From: Chara braunii
Taxonomy: Eukaryota > Plantae > Charophyceae
Direction of reading: 5' to 3'
Assembly (NCBI GenBank): GCA_003427395.1
Contig: BFEA01000019.1
Coordinates: 4,818,365 to 4,881,170, forward strand
DNA: 62,806 nucleotides
The stretch's first letter is position 1; each line of letters starts with the position of its first letter. This document shows, piece by piece, positions 24,050 through 37,000 of the stretch. The notes below the pieces were generated by a model. The model worked only from the letters and a program-made list of their open reading frames with translations. It was not told the DNA's origin and did not search any database. The position numbers and the translations under genes were made by a program.

Positions 24050-26015
24050 GTTCTAATGCCCTTACTGATGTCACTAACAACATTACAGAAAAGTAGAGCA
24101 TCTTTCCAGAGACTATATCGCCAGAAATACACCGGCATACATCAAAACCGCATTTGGTCGACTTCACATCCACTGAGTCGAGGAGAAGACGCATCTTCAC
24201 AAGAAACTTCCACATCAATCGTGCATGTCACGCCGCGTTCGTCATTCCGCAAGCTATACATGCATGCACACCTTGCACATAACTCGACGTAGAGCTCATG
24301 AAATTGTGACCACGCTAGCTCCAGCTCAAAATACATGAAACCCCATTTACGACCGGACCTCGAGGCATCTGACCTCAATCACGTCCATAAATCACCAGTA
24401 GAGTCCTGCTGCGAGTATGCCCGTCAATATCAAGTACACTAAGCACATTACTTAAAACTTTCCTCACATACCCACGGACTGCCTTCCACTTTCCCCACAA
24501 AGCCACAGGACTGGCTTCCAACCAACCCCAGCCTCATAGAAAACAACCGCGTTTAACGAAATGCTCTTAGCAGGTTTCATTATTTTGCGAATCTTTCATC
24601 GATTAATCGGACAATCGTTCCCAATCAAACCGCTCATCAACCATCACACGCACATTTCAAGGGAGCACTCCCGCACAGAGAATGACACATCAGATTTTGT
24701 ATTCTTCCTAGCAGCGGGCTACAGACGATAGCTTGTCCTTACATAACTTACCGTTTTACCGCGACTCGCACTTTCGCCGATATCCAAATACTCGGGGCCG
24801 GGAGGCAACTCGTACTCACTTGCCGACATTCTGTCTTGAGCAGCTAGTTAGAAACTATAGCGAAGTAAAAAAAAAGAGAAAAAAAAGAAACCATAACAAA
24901 GAGACAAAAAACAATTAATAACAAGTCGCCAATTGGGCACTCGCGGATCAAGTGATATCAAACGCTCGACGAACCTCTTTTTTTTGTTTTATTATAGCCA
25001 AAACAACCTGAGTGGAAGCGCTCGACAAACCTACCTCATGCGTACAGCAAAAATAATTTACCGAAGATGAAATCCATCCGACGAACGGACGTTCATTACC
25101 GACTCCAACACCAAATAGCGGCTCTCAACGGCCCGTAAGAGAACACGAATTCACCACAACGCTTATGAAAAAATATTTCCGCGTACTAGTCATGAAGCTC
25201 CGGTTGACGTGGAAATGCAATTGGGCAACAGAACTATTGTCGCCGGGTGGCAAAATCACGTGGGCAATCAAAGTGAGCCATCCTACGGGAAAACACAGGT
25301 ACAGACATCGATCACGAGAACGAAGTACCTACAAGTGGATGGTCAGACACGGACAAAAGGAAGAGTATGAGAACGACAATGACAACGAAGAAATATTCAA
25401 GCCGAAGGCTAGGGACGAAAACAACACGGAAATGACGTACTCGATTGATTTAGAACCAAAACAAAAGCGGTGCTGATAAGTTAAAAACTCGTTTCAACAA
25501 CAACAAGCTCAGAGACCGATCCGCCCTTCATTGATATAAAAAGTAACGTCACAAATGCTTAAGAACGACTGCTGACAAAAGCCTAACCGTAAAAACAACT
25601 CACTTCTTTCTTCGCCTACCTCTCTAAGAACAATCCTCGCACGCAAAGCAATCTCCTTTTCACTCCATCCTACCAATCAAGTCTCCCGCCTACATCCCTG
25701 AGAGCATTCCTTGCACGCAAAACGGTCTCCTCTCTACTTGATCCTACCCGTCAAGCCAGATTCCTCGAGTCCGTGCACACTCAGCTATTTCAACACAGCC
25801 TCGGAAGCGCAGAGAGAGAAAATACCACATGTGACTGCGACCAGCACCTCAATCTGCTCTTTAAGCCGCCATCACTAAATGCCTTGTACAGTACAGTGAG
25901 TTACACGGTCTGAAATAAGCCAGTCTCCCATCAGAGATACTAACCAGACTAACGTTCATCTTGAGCTCCGACCTTATTTATCTTTCCGAAAAGTACAAAT
26001 GACAATCCAAATCCT

Positions 26016-26075
<60 letters not shown>

Positions 26076-26194
26076 AAAAAAAAAAACACAATTTCTTTCT
26101 CGATTCTTTCCACCGCCGACGACTACGTCTATGGAGTCGGATACGAGCACAATTGCGGAGACTGTCGAAGGACAAGGACACTACAACTCAAAAC

Positions 26195-27364
26195 TTAAGG
26201 AAGAGCAGCAGGAATGATACCCGCAGCTGGCATCCAAGTGCGAGCCTTGATCCAGTTCGACGACATGAACGGCCTAGCCTGTGCATCAGTGAGCTGAAAC
26301 GCCCAGCTGGCGCGTCTTCCCTCCTCGGCTCCTGAACCGTAGCACTTGTACTCTCCGTAGAAGATGGCATCCGTGGGCTTTCCCCAGTTATCCCATCCGA
26401 CAGGGGCAATGATCTTGGACATGAACACCTTGGCGAACACAACCCTGGACGCAAGGCCCCAAGCTCTGCCAAGGTATACGAGACCGGTCCCTGATATCGC
26501 ACCTTCACGGATCACGAAGCCGGTTCCCTCTGAGGGCTTTGCCTGGTTCTGCGCCGTGAGGTATCCCTTGGTCACCACGTCGGCATACAACTGACACTTG
26601 AGGAAAAGCACCGTACCGTTGCCGAAGATGAAATCAACTGATCCTCTTACGTAGCAATTCTTGAAGTAGTGAATACCCTGGTGGCAGTACAGAGTATCCT
26701 GGTACCCTGTGAAGTGACAGCGGAAGAAAGACACATAGTTCGCCGTGAGCCTCGCCGCAACTGCCTGCCCTCCTACAGCTCCATCGGCCGGTCTCGGTGC
26801 CGTGTTCCTGATCATCATGTAGTAAGCGCTGAAGTAATCAGCCTCAACAGCGAACGTGTACGAGTTGTACGTGCCCAAAGGACTGCCACCAGGACCACGA
26901 GTTCCTGCGGTGTCACCCCACGTGATTTCCACCTTATTCGGGTCCAAAGACCATCCCCACATCTGCACGTAAGTCGCTGTTGAAGGCACGCGCACCTTCT
27001 CCTTGTACACTCCCGCCTTCACGCAAATGATCCACAATTTGGTTCCCCTATTGCCGGGAATCCCATTAATTGCCGCCTGCACAGTCCTGTAATTCGCAGG
27101 TCCTGTCTTGGCAACAGTCACATTGCAAGCTGGCCTAGCAACGCTCACTCTCGCGCTCTCCCGAGCTCCCGGGGCCCAATCTCCGGCAGCCGTTACCTGG
27201 TACGCCCTCCTCACGAATCCGGCGAAGTTCTGTTCCACCCCCTGCTTCTGCACCAAAGTAATCTCGAGAGGTCCAGCATTGGCAACGGAGGAGAAGTGAC
27301 ACAAGACTGCGGCGGTCGCGAGCAAGGCGAGCGCCCTCACCATCCGCCCCCTTGGCGCCATCAT
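26195..27364 (-). CDS. Secreted pectin methylesterase (pectinesterase, CE8) without a PMEI pro-domain; intronless, about 389 aa from the first ATG
   Basis: Uninterrupted ORF with a hydrophobic signal peptide (MMAPRGRMVRALALLATAAVLCHFSSVANA). All five PME motifs are present: GVYKE, QAVAA, QDTLY, DFIFG and YLGRAW. The track start at 27457 is a GTG; the first ATG is at 27364. Confidence 0.95.
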   Translation of the reverse strand: MMAPRGRMVRALALLATAAVLCHFSSVANAGPLEITLVQKQGVEQNFAGFVRRAYQVTAAGDWAPGARESARVSVARPACNVTVAKTGPANYRTVQAAINGIPGNRGTKLWIICVKAGVYKEKVRVPSTATYVQMWGWSLDPNKVEITWGDTAGTRGPGGSPLGTYNSYTFAVEADYFSAYYMMIRNTAPRPADGAVGGQAVAARLTANYVSFFRCHFTGYQDTLYCHQGIHYFKNCYVRGSVDFIFGNGTVLFLKCQLYADVVTKGYLTAQNQAKPSEGTGFVIREGAISGTGLVYLGRAWGLASRVVFAKVFMSKIIAPVGWDNWGKPTDAIFYGEYKCYGSGAEEGRRASWAFQLTDAQARPFMSSNWIKARTWMPAAGIIPAALP

Positions 27365-27488
27365 AGCGGACACGAGAGGAAGAACACGGGCGATGACCAA
27401 CGCTGCAACTCCTCCCTCTCGTAAACGAAGTTCAGAACAGCGCCAACTGTACACCACAACGTCTCTCCCTGACGATCGATCCTGACTG

Positions 27489-27495
27489 TTATATA
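27489..27495 (-). promoter_or_regulatory. Candidate TATA box of the PME gene
   Basis: TATATAA on the minus strand about 125 bp upstream of the first ATG, in an otherwise GC-rich context. Confidence 0.45.
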
Positions 27496-27939
27496 CGCGG
27501 AGTACGACGGTGGAAGGTTATCAGGCCACCGAGACGGGTGCAACCGTCCGAGCCAACTGCTCTCCTCAAAACTCCTGACGACGGCAAAATTTGTAACCCA
27601 CGCTGAGGACTGAGGACAACCGCCAACAAATCACACCCTACCTACTCACGCTTTCGCGCACACCCCACCGCCCCCCTCTATCCTCAACGTCCCCGCCGCC
27701 GCTTGCCTCCGTCAGACCTCCCCTTCAAATTTCGCAACTGGTCGCCGATTCGGGATTTCGTTGGCGCCTTCGCGCCTGGCGTCCCGCCGCCACCAGAGCA
27801 GCAGGACAGCAGCAGGACGTACGTATGGGTGCAGCGGGCGGTTGTCCCCGCGTGCTCCCCGCGTGCTCTACTGTCGGCGGTTGTACTGCCCCCACCCAGG
27901 CCAGGCCCTCGTCAACAGTTCGACAATAGGCGGAAACCG

Positions 27940-28120
27940 GGGCCAAGTCCCATTACCCGTAGCAGCGACGAGTGTCCTCAACGCGCGAATGTGGTCGTGT
28001 GTTGTGGAGATGTGCAGAGATGGTGTTGAGGTTCGTCAACCGTACATCTCCACAAACACATCCACATTAGGGAGTTGAGGATACTCAACGCTGCTACTAG
28101 TTATTAGTGGGACTTGGCCC
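27940..28120. mobile_element. 181-bp MITE (Harbinger-like TIR) upstream of the PME gene
   Basis: gggccaagtccca...tgggacttggccc with further imperfect pairing (gtagcagcg/cgctgctac, gagtgtcctcaac/gttgaggatactc). Flanked by CCG on both sides. Confidence 0.8.
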
Positions 28121-28277
28121 CCGGACCAAAAAGGGCCAAACTCAACCACTGGCCTACCTCTTCTCCCGTGGTACACCCCTGAACTGTTGAATTGAATTAC
28201 AGACCCCAGTTCGGAAAAGAAAATGAGTGAGTGAATGAGTGAATTCTCAATTACCTAGGGCATGTCCGTTCCATAAT

Positions 28278-28354
28278 GACATCTCAATCTCATAGACCCT
28301 ACTAATACAGATCAGCGACATCTCAATCTCATAGACCCTACTAATACAGATCAG
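28278..28354. repeat. Tandem duplication of about 39 bp
   Basis: gacatctcaatctcatagaccctactaatacagatcag occurs twice. Confidence 0.85.
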
Positions 28355-28404
28355 GGGTACAAAGCGGACTATTACAGTTGGCTGGCATTGAGTCGCGCGC
28401 AGGC

Positions 28405-28476
28405 GGTCGTCGGGCTCGAGCTCACAACCTGCCGACTGACACTTGCGTGCCTAACCAGCTGAGCTAGGCCGCTGGA
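28405..28476 (-). mobile_element. tRNA-derived SINE head
   Basis: Minus strand tccagcggcctagctcagctggttaggcacgca...ggttgtgagctcgagccc has A and B boxes. Paralog at 29727-29794. Confidence 0.6.
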
Positions 28477-29499
28477 ATGAGGATGGGATCTCAAGGCCGT
28501 CGCCATTTCAAAAACAAAAAACAAAAAACAAAAAAACAAAAACAAAAACAAAACGGACCCAAAAGTAGCCGGCCACAACGTTCATGCACTCTGACCTCGA
28601 TCTCGATCGCGATCTTTTGCATCTTCCGCAGATCGAGGTCCACTGATCCACGTCACGGGAAACGACAAAGCACCTGTCGGGGCGGGACAGGGCAGGTGCG
28701 ACGGGGTTCTTTTATTTTTATTTTCTTCCTCCTTTTTCAAAAGGATTTGCTTTCTTTGTTTGTGCATGTATTTGACCGTCGGCACTGTGAATGGGATCCT
28801 TTTTTTTGTTTTTCGTCCTTTTTTTTGCGGGGTTCAACGCTTTTGATGGAGGGCAGATTTCAACTCTCGCAGAGCAGAGCAGAGCAACCGATAGGACCTT
28901 TTTTTTCTTTTCTTTTCTTTTCTTTTTCTTTTTTTTATGGTCGTACTTCCGGCCAGATACATCCAGTTTCCGCCGTCAAGTGGCTTGTGAGACTGTGCCC
29001 TCAGCTGTAAGGGAAACGTGACACGAGCATACCCCGCCAGTGTACGTGGATCGTTATTCGGACACGAGAACAGGGCGGCGGAGAATGGGGAGGAGCCCAT
29101 CTTTAGGTGCAGCGTTACCACCTGGCAGAATTTCCTTGGACGACTAGCATGCATCACGTCGCAGCAACACTTCTTACACTTCTTATTTCATCGGGGAATA
29201 GCTATACACGTATTTTCACTCGCCTCAAATATTTAACTGGCTTCAAGTTCTGCCATGTCATGGAACGCATTTTTTTCCTCTCACTCACTACCGACCACGA
29301 CTCCTAAGGCTATATACAGGGGGCCCTGCATGCATAGCAGGCTATATACAGGGGACCCCCGCGTGCATAGCTTTCTACCTCTCTACGGTGAAGGGAGGTT
29401 ACCTCTCTCTGTGGAGGGAGGTAACTCCCTTCCCGCCTCTCTCTGTGGAGGGCGGTAACTGCATGTTTGGCCCTTTGTCTTAGTGTTTAGGGTGCAGAG

Positions 29500-29794
29500 T
29501 TGGGGCCCTTTGTCTTACCATTTCCCAGGAACTGTGCCTCCCTTTTCATCTTCCCTCACCCCCATTGAGTAAAAGTAGTGCCTAAAGCCAACACTCTCCC
29601 GCACACCACACGCAACCCACTCACATGTGCACTGACACCCGTGTTGTCTGAAGACCTTACTAATGTCGAATGGGAGGACCCAGCTGTCTATCTCAGTTTT
29701 TGGCACTGAGCGTGCCACAGGCCGCAATGCGGATTGAACCCACAACCTCCTGAATGCCATCTGCGTGCCTAACCAATTGAGCTAGGCCGCTGGA
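29500..29794 (-). mobile_element. tRNA-derived SINE (head at 29727-29794 plus probable body)
   Basis: Minus strand tccagcggcctagctcaattggttaggcacgca...ggttgtgggttcaatccgc has A and B boxes but no acceptor stem. The body limit is approximate. Confidence 0.55.
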
Positions 29795-31067
29795 TATTTG
29801 CTTGTGTTTGTGCAGGTCGCGCAAGGTCCGCATGCGCTGCTAGATGAGATAGTGCCATGCCCTTTTTGTGCGGCCTGGTCGGCCATACGTGTCAGCAGAA
29901 ATGATAGACAACCTTGCGCAGTGACGTCTCCAAAAGATGAGTTTTATTTGGTTTCAATCGTCTGTGTGTTAGGATACGTGCTGGCCGCTGCTACGGTAGT
30001 TGCCGCGGCAGACGGTTTGGCATAATATTGGTCGTCGGATCGAGAGCATTCGCAGGGTCGCCACCCGTATAAGCCTCGTCATTGTGCCCTATTTCTTTAT
30101 TTTTGTCCATTCTGCGAGGCACAAGGCCTCGGTAAGCCCTACTGGGCCCGTTTTTGCAACAGCGTCGGGCGCCCTAAGTGAAGACAGGCTCAACAGACGA
30201 CAAGAGGCCTATTTTGGACTACCACGCAACTAGGGAAAATTCAGGCAGTAGCGCAGCACCAGTTGGTTGAAAGCGCCCAGGCCCTGGCTACCTTTATCAA
30301 ATGCACCAGTTGGTTGAAAGCGCCCAGGCCCTGGGCGAGATACGCAACATGGACCCAACTCAGGCTGCGGGCAGTTGGGCACGGGTAACTGTCACAGGCC
30401 CTGGGCCTGATTCGCTCAGACTGGGGCTCAGCCTCCCGGGGCCTACCGGAAGCTTCTAGGTCGGGGACCCGGTACAGCCAAGTTGCACGCAGCAAGCAGG
30501 CAACTTCCATTTAGGAAAGTGCCTGCCCTCGCAGTCCTCATTCAGGCACTGGCTGCATGCCAGTGCTGCGCAAGCGCTGCTATGCTATACGCTGGCCAGC
30601 GCTCACACGCTCACGGGCGAGCTGGGAGGAGCAGGCAGCCATAGCCGAGCTGCGCTGCTGTATGCTAGATGGGGCGCATGGTGGTCCTTGGGTGCATGTG
30701 GCATCTGTGAGTGGGGGATCGAGGTTGTGAGTGATACTCGAGACATACCTGGTGCTTGAGGCGAACGGCATTGGCCGAGACCTGCCCGTACTTCAGGGAA
30801 GTTGTTGACGTCACCAACGGCATTGTAGACTAGGCTAGATAGGATCTGCCATGAGTAGTCTGGGCGCAGAGCGCCATATAGGATGTCGATATTGGTTCTT
30901 TGTTGATGATGATGAGACTATCCCAACTTTGTCACTTATGAGTTTTTGCTATGCTCTTATTTGGTGGAACTCGTGTTGCAATTGTGCTTTTGGTCCGAGG
31001 TCACGACTATCTGGTCACATGTGTATGACGAAATTTGGTTTCTGAAGTTCGCTATTGCTCATTTTCA

Positions 31068-31086
31068 TTACAATTTGGTATCAGAG
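31068..31086 (+). promoter_or_regulatory. LTR 3' end and Met-i primer-binding site of a truncated LTR element
   Basis: ...ttaca-att-tggtatcagag. No recognisable pol follows. Confidence 0.65.
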
Positions 31087-32942
31087 TTGTGGCACATTGC
31101 GCTCATCTGGCGATTGTCTTTTGCCTATGTGGTACGTGCATGCGGTCTGCTGGGCGAGCAGCCGTAGGGAGTGTGTAGTGAGGAGGGTGAAGGCAAGCAA
31201 GCGACCCAGGAGGAGAGGGGATCGCCAGGAAGGCTACGTGGTGAATATTGGGTGCTCGCAGTGTGATGAGAACTATCTGATGTGCGATTGATATTGAGGC
31301 GAAACGGCGGTGTAATGCTGGTTGTGCCGAAGCAGCGATTGGTCATCACAATCGACATCATGTCATTTAGTGATAATATATGTGGTTGCGGACATATATT
31401 TTGAGGTACGTTGCAACTAACCTTATCTAGTACCCTTTTCGACACTTCTTATCGTGAGGAATCTGATGCGTGTTCTATCTTGAGAGTCCTCTCATGTGAG
31501 GAGTCGAGTGCGCTCAACCTTGAGAGTCGCCAGTGCTCACGTGGAGCATCTGGAAGGAGAGGGCGGTGCTATCTGAAGGGCCCTCGACGAAGCACTAGGT
31601 CACGGTCACCATGCCAACCCACAGGGAGTAGAGCACGCATCATGCTTTGCTGCTTTATCCTTTGTCTGGTTGTTGCGCTTATAGATGGGTTGTGAGGGGC
31701 AGGCCAGCCCTACAAGGGAGACGAGTACCGAGCGTCTATAAATAAACACCGACAGGGGTACCTTCAATTGATTGCGATCGTAGTCCTGTCTGCGACGTTA
31801 AATAATTCATGAGGATTTTCGGAGTCGTCCTTAAACGCCTCCTGATCCGCCAATCGGCCGGAGTAAGCCTCGTTGCACGTGAGGCTAAAAATTGTGCAGG
31901 GTTGGCCAACTCAGCATAACTCGGGGCACAAGGGTGGGCCGAGTGCACACCTTTAGACACGCACGCCATTTCGGATTGCTCAAGGACGCTGACAACAAGA
32001 GACATTAATGAAAAATTGAGGGAGGGGTAGATTCCGGGTGATAAGTTTGGAAAATATTTCACTTTGCAAATAGTCAATCAAATGATTCTATTTTTATTTT
32101 TGATTAGTTCCAAGTACAACCATTAACATCTCACAGACAACATAATAAGAACTGTTTTTTGTTCATTGTGCTTTTTGTTTGTGAACCAGTCAAAGTCGGC
32201 ACACTTTCGTTTGTCGGAATCTGAGTTTACCGGTTGGACCCAAATGTTTAGTCTATAACATAACTAACGATTATTTATATTATTTTAAATCGGTTTTTAT
32301 ATCATGCTGCGGTAGGCATCGAGAGTGTCCTAATGCAGATATTGTACAATGTTGTAGCCTATGAGCGACAAGGAGGAAACTAGAGAGGATGACCGGAATT
32401 TGCGATCAGCGAGGCGTCCAATAACCCACTTGATTCTTGTTCCGCCAGCAGAGAGAAAGGCAGCAACAACAGCGAAGAGCTAGGGCCGCAAAGGCAAGCA
32501 GGGCATTCGCAAGCGAGGCTGCTACTTCAGCAACCATGACCACTTCTGCGCAGCAGACCTCTCAGGCTAGTGGTTCAAGTTCTGTAGGGTCAACGATCGC
32601 ACAAACCTTAAGTCAGTCCACTGGCGTATGGCAAGCAGTCGATAGTTTTGACCCCGAGGAGGTCGCTATACAGCGAGCAACCATTCGCGAGCCATAGCTA
32701 TAGCAGGCGTTAGGAGAGATCAAGGCAGAGAAAAAGAACTTCAAGATTATTAGAAGAAGAGCTAGGATGCAGCGGAGACAAGCGGACGTTAGTGAGTTAG
32801 AGGGAATGAACCTAACAAACATGGATGATAATGTGAGGACACTGCGGTCAGTCCTGCTAGATGTAGTGGAAATGCAGGACCACCAGACAACTCTTTTACA
32901 AAACATCCAGCAGAGCCTAGCCGTGCTGGTCAGGCGAGCTTA

Positions 32943-33790
32943 GGAGCCTTGCTTGTGGGTTGGGTTCTATTGCTTCACTAATTGGCTGTAAATGGTCATT
33001 TATTGATCTTATTAATTTCGGAATATTCAAAGATCAGCCAATCCGTGAAAAAGGGGAATAGTCCAGAGCCCCAGTCACGGGTAATTGGCTAAGTAGTGCG
33101 AGCCCAGCGAGTGGGTTGGGTTCTGTTGCTCCACTAATTGGCTGAAAATGATCATTTATTGATTTTATTAATTTCAAAATATTCAAAGATCAGCCAATCC
33201 GTGAAAAAGGGGAACAGTCTAGAGCCCCATTCAGTGAGAGCCCTGCGAGTGGGTTGGGTTCTGCTGCTCCACTAATTGGCTGAAAATTATCTTTTATTGA
33301 TTTTATTAATTTCATAATACTCAAAGATTAGTCAATCCGTAAAAAAAAGGAGCAGTCAAGAGCTCCAATCACGGGTAATTAGTTGAGTAATGAGAGTCGT
33401 ACGAGTGGGTTCGGTTTTGTTGCTCCACTAATTGGCTGAAAATTGTAGTTTATTGATTTTATTAATTTTCAGAATATTCAAAGATAGCTAGTTCGTGAAA
33501 AAGGAGAGCAGTCAACAACCCCAATCACGGGTAATTAGCTGAGTTGTTAGAGCCCTGCGAGCGGGCTGGGTTCTGCTGCTCCACTAATTGGCTGAAAATT
33601 GTCATTTATTGATTTTATTAATTTCGAAATATTCAAAGATCCGCCAATCCGCGAAAGAGGTGTACAGTAGAACGCTCAATTGCGAGCAATTAGTTGAGTA
33701 GCACGAACCCTGTGGGTGGACTGGATTCTACTGCACCACTAATTGGCTGAAAAAGGCCATTTATTGACTTTATTAATTTTGAAATATTCA
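32943..33790. repeat. Tandem satellite, unit about 140-157 bp, about 6 copies
   Basis: Units start near 32943, 33100, 33238, 33395, 33550 and 33706. Shared core gagtgggttgggttctg..gctccactaattggctgaaaat...atattcaaagatcagccaatccgtgaaaaagg. Confidence 0.9.
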
Positions 33791-33829
33791 ATTTGTTGCG
33801 CGCAGCTCACATCACGGTTGCGAACCAGC

Positions 33830-33831
33830 GA

Positions 33832-33921
<90 letters not shown>

Positions 33922-33922
33922 N

Positions 33923-34001
<79 letters not shown>

Positions 34002-34018
34002 AAAGAGAGAGAGAGAGA
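33830..34018. repeat. (AG)n microsatellite
   Basis: Seen directly in the sequence. Confidence 0.95.
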
Positions 34019-37000
34019 AGACGAATATGAAAAGACTGTAGTTTCCCTTAAGGCAGGGGCTGCTATTGACGATTTTCCGTAGCTGGCACCGAATTTCGTC
34101 GAATTTCCAAAAATGCCATTATGACAGTATGCATCATAAACAGTGACACAACTACATTATACAGTGTGAACAGTGACAGTATGTATTGTAAAACAGCGAC
34201 GATGGGACAAAAGGTATGAAGTGTGAGCACAACCACGACAATGTGAGCACAATAGCTACATGCAGTAGAAGTATACTATGTGAACAAATCATCTGGGCCC
34301 TGCGCTGATGTTATGTACCACCGCGGACATGGGCAAAAATGAGCATTCATTTTAAAAATGCAGAAAAATCATCCGTGATTTGTGACATGCATCTTGCTTG
34401 GGATAATCTGCAGAAATCCCCCTTGGGTTTTGTTTGAGTTGTAGGTTCGCTCTTCTTGCTAAGTATGTGGTCCCTGGCCGTGGTTATTTGCTAAAATACC
34501 CATCCGATCCAACTGACCTTCAATCAAATTTTGTGGAGGGTAAATTGCAATTACATCCTTGCAAATTTGAGATCCTCCACGAGAGAGCTTACGAGTGAAA
34601 CTTGAGCAGATCTCTGATCTGTAGCTAACACATATTTACTTTATTTTCTTTTAAGTTTCGAGTGAATTCCACATGCGAAGTACCGACATTAAATTTAACC
34701 TCAAGAGGGGCGCAGAACAGGCAGCGCAAACCCTGACGCCTTGTTGATCGATGAGGACCTCCGAAGCGGGTGTAGCGAGTGACAGGCGCTGTTGCCCTTG
34801 GCTTAAGGGAATGTAGGCGGCCCCTCCCCGGGTTTCCTCACACCGGCTGTTGGCCCACCCCCGCCGATTGTTGGCCCCGCCCCCACTGGTTGTTGGCCCC
34901 ACCCCCACTGGCTGTTGGCCCCGCCCTGACCGACTGTTGGCCACGCCCCCGGCCCCTTACCCACGACTACCCCGGTCCCACCACTAGTGGGTTTTGCCTC
35001 GGGGGGGTCAGAGGTGGGGCATAAAACCCCATTTTGGGGGTTTCGCCTACGGGGTGTGTGCTTTCGATGTGCAACCCCCACCTTTTTTTTTTCTTCTTTT
35101 TTTTAAGAGGGGGGTGAGGTTCGGAGTCGGGTCGGGAGTGCCCACCCCTGGACCCCCGCACCCTCGGCGGGGGCCTCGGGGCTGGGGCTCGACAGCCTTG
35201 CAAATAATGCTTGGCCTCATTAACCCGACAAGCAAGCCCTCAAAAATAAACATAGCAACCAAGCCATTTTACTTAGAAACAATGCCTGGTTCAGAATCTT
35301 CAAAAAACAAACAAAACATAGCACTAAGCCATTCTGCTTAGAAACAATGTCCAACCTTTTATCGCTCCGGTCACACTAATGCAATACCACCTTCCTCCGA
35401 CCTTCCCCCATCTTCATCCCTTAGTCTGATTTCAATCACAAAATAAGATTTGAGTCATGAATACACTTTTTTTACTTAGTCTGATTGAATTATGAAAAGA
35501 AACAAAAATCATAGGGGCGCATGCATACACATCACTCAGACTAGAGAGATGTAAACATAGGGGTTTTAGTGGGCACATACAGAGATAGCACTTGTTACCT
35601 GACAGTTCCCAGCCTCCAGAACCTTGCCTGGGCTCCAAAAGAGCTCACGCAATTGGTGGGGCGAACCTCCCACAGAGGCCTTGACGCGGAATACGGGTTT
35701 CCAATCCCGCCTGCCGCCGTCCTGTTGTGACCAAAAGACTAGACTAATTGTAAGTAAGGCAGAAGGAGAATCATTTAGTTACTAAGGTGTAAGAGAGATG
35801 CACTCTGACTCGCGTGAGAGGGCCTTGAAATCTTGACGCGCCAAAGGGTCTCACAATGGTGGTCAAAAAGTGAAGTGGAGTCGGTGGAACCACTGCCAAA
35901 TCGCAAGTAGCAGCCTCCCGCCAATCCCCCAAGTCGTAGAAGTACCCCTCTGCAAAGCCCGACAACCCCTTTAAGTCGTGATGTCGTTCCCCCTAACCAA
36001 ATGCTGTTGCGCAACCTAGAAAGGTTGCATTCAAATAAAGCACACCCATGTGCTCTATTCAAGAAGAGGGTAAATCACAACCAAACTTTAGCAAAACGTT
36101 GCACCCAAAGTTATAGTTGCAGCATTGGTCGGCCGTTTTATAAACGTTACTACCCAAAATAGACAATGACGACGTTCAAGAGTGACGTAACACCTTTTGA
36201 AAAACACAACACTTGTATCACTTCGGCCCGTACAACAGCACACCTGAACCGAATAGCACTACCTCAAGGCATAGCAACATCAACTAGCAGCGTGACAACA
36301 ATATCAGCTCCTGATGGTCAGACAATTCCAACTACAGTCTTACTCATAACACAACAGTCTAAGCATTGAGCAACGACACCCTGATGACCAGCAGCAGTCT
36401 ATTGTGAGTTCACACAGATAAAGAAAACGAGGGGCAGCATTGAGGGTCGTGACCATAATGAACACGACTAGTAACAGTGATATCTCTTAAAAGAAGCAGC
36501 AGCCTCGATCTTGAAAAGACAACAACCGTTCCTGACTTTTAATAGCTCGTTTCGATGAGAGTAACGGGGTCCCCAACAATGGCTTGTGTAGAAGGGCAGC
36601 AACAACAGGGAACCTCGCAGTCTACGAAAGGGACAACAACATCGCTGGTGAGCCCAACAAACAACAGAAGTACAACAACAACATCAACAAATAGCAGTTA
36701 GAGGTCAATGAACCATGTCTAGAAATTCGACCTATTCTGGTCTTTTAGTGTCGCAAACCGCCTGCGGCTCCCGGTCTCCTACAATTTTTACCTTTCGCCG
36801 GTTTGCTTCTCCCGGTCACTAACTCCATGCTATCTTTCTCATGTATCCACCATTTATGGATGCATATGGCTTTCACCCTGCCATGTTCAACCTTTAAGGA
36901 AACCAGAGGGTTGGGGGAGGAAGCCACACGTACACACAACATGAATGAGCAATATCGCCACAGGCAGAGAGTCCCACCAAACAGGTCAAAGGAGTCAGTC

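Noticed and set aside
27365-27457. N-terminal extension of the PME ORF from the track start
   Set aside because: It starts at GTG. The first ATG at 27364 directly opens a signal peptide.
29727-29794. Functional tRNA gene (also 28405-28476 and 59423-59487)
   Set aside because: A and B boxes are present but the acceptor and anticodon stems do not pair, so these are better explained as SINE heads.
32943-33790. Regular repeats as a possible CRISPR array
   Set aside because: Whole ~155-bp units are homologous with no unique spacers, there are no cas genes and the context is eukaryotic.
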